Shown here piece after piece: positions 62,900 to 64,000 of a stretch of 64,000 nucleotides of DNA. This DNA is from Podospora anserina (taxonomy: Eukaryota). The stretch covers positions 1,364,001 to 1,428,000 of the forward strand of contig CM030335.1 of assembly GCA_017654855.1 (NCBI GenBank), written 5' to 3'. Each line of letters opens with the position of its first letter. Position 1 is the first letter of the stretch. The translations under genes and the position numbers were made by a program. The notes below the pieces were generated by a model. It did no database searches. It was not told where the DNA came from and saw only the letters and a program-made list of their open reading frames with translations.

Positions 62900-63687
62900 T
62901 CACCCTTTACTTTCTCATTTCAGCTTCACTGTTCATATCTGATGACATTGTTCTCTTTGGCTTCCGGGTAACTTCTTTCTGCATGGCCGGCGTTTGGGTG
63001 AAAACATGATTTTAGAGGGAAACGGATACACAAAAGCAGGCGGGCAATGTGTATTTTCTTTGGTGCCGCTGTTGTCGGGATACGCATATACAAGAGATAC
63101 CACTATAGAGTTTAATGTTGCTTTCGAAGCTTGTACTTACTACCATTTACTTATTTTCGTCTAACGACAAAACAAGATATGAGGCCCTGCCTTTCTATTC
63201 AACCTCTTCCCTCACTTGTCTCCAATGTGGTTTTGCAAAGACACTGGTTCCTAACTCACCACGTCCGTAGGAGAATGATGGGATTAAATTGACAGCTGCT
63301 ATTTCAACCGCATGAGAGCCACAGCTGGGGCCTGTTAACTGTTATTGACCCTATTTCGAAGACTCGCGTCTCCGTCAGAATGAGTTTCGTGCGGTGATAC
63401 GCAGACAGGAGCGGGGTGTCCCGTTGGTGACGTGCAGATCCAAGAAGGTCTGACTGGTCGGTTGGCTCGTTCATTCTTGTAATGTGCGACATGCATCTAA
63501 CCACATGCTCATCACTTATCGTTGTCACCAACGCCAGCATTACCCGACCGACAGCTTCTCCATCGAACAAGCCCCGTGGACAGCTCAAGTTCTCAACAAC
63601 CACCCCTTTCCGCATGCACTCACGGACGAACCAACTTCCCAACCAACCGCTGTGATATATAGGGGTAATCAGCGGATGCAGATCACC

Positions 63688-64000
63688 ATGGAGAGTGCTA
63701 AGAACTCGTCAAAGTCGAGCAACATGAAGGAAATTCTTGCTCGACTGGGCGGTGTTTTCCCCATGGATGAAGAAGCTGTTTTGAAGCGTAAGTTCCCCAG
63801 TCATTGACTTGAGAAATGGGTGGATGCTAAGAAGACCTATGCGGTAGTTCTACCCATGGGAACGAAGTTGATCGCGGTTGAGAAATTTGGAGTTAGTGCT
63901 TTCACAGCCACTGGTCGTATCAAGGCCCTGGAACCAACAGGTGGCCAGAAAGAGTATTTCATCAAGGTAAGAGGTCCTATTGGATGCTGGGTACCTATCG
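63688..64000 (+). CDS. Fructosamine-3-kinase / protein-ribulosamine kinase-like gene, 5' part only; intron 63788-63847
   Basis: Spliced N-terminus ..LPMGTKLIAVEKFGVSAFTATGRIKALEPTGGQKEYFIK resembles fungal FN3K-like N-lobes; next donor GTAAGA at 63967. Confidence 0.6.

Overview
Intron-containing fungal genomic DNA (Sordariomycete; gene content, GT..AG introns with CTRAC branch sites and RIP-type damage suggest a Sordariales/Podospora-like genome, by inference). About 20 protein-coding genes: M28 aminopeptidase (partial), three sugar-porter MFS transporters, a stand-alone AA8 cytochrome, two aldo-keto reductases, SIP5, a PDR-type ABC transporter, SAM50, UBC6, a UFD1-domain zinc-finger protein, an F-box-like protein, a G1 glutamic peptidase, an LDH2/MDH2-family oxidoreductase, ARP6, TRF4-like poly(A) polymerase, a DHA1 transporter and a fructosamine-3-kinase-like gene (partial). 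Also present: an intron-containing tRNA-Arg(CCT), a complete but RIP-inactivated 1861-bp pogo/Fot1 DNA transposon and a frameshifted GH2 beta-mannosidase. The least obvious items are a 23-aa, 8-Cys spliced metallothionein gene not called by the ORF track, a relic reading frame that runs across the transposon's empty site, a second relic 25 kb away sharing an exact 19-mer with it, and a divergent permease/LDH2-oxidoreductase pair of unknown substrate. No clearly novel multi-gene system could be established from the sequence alone.
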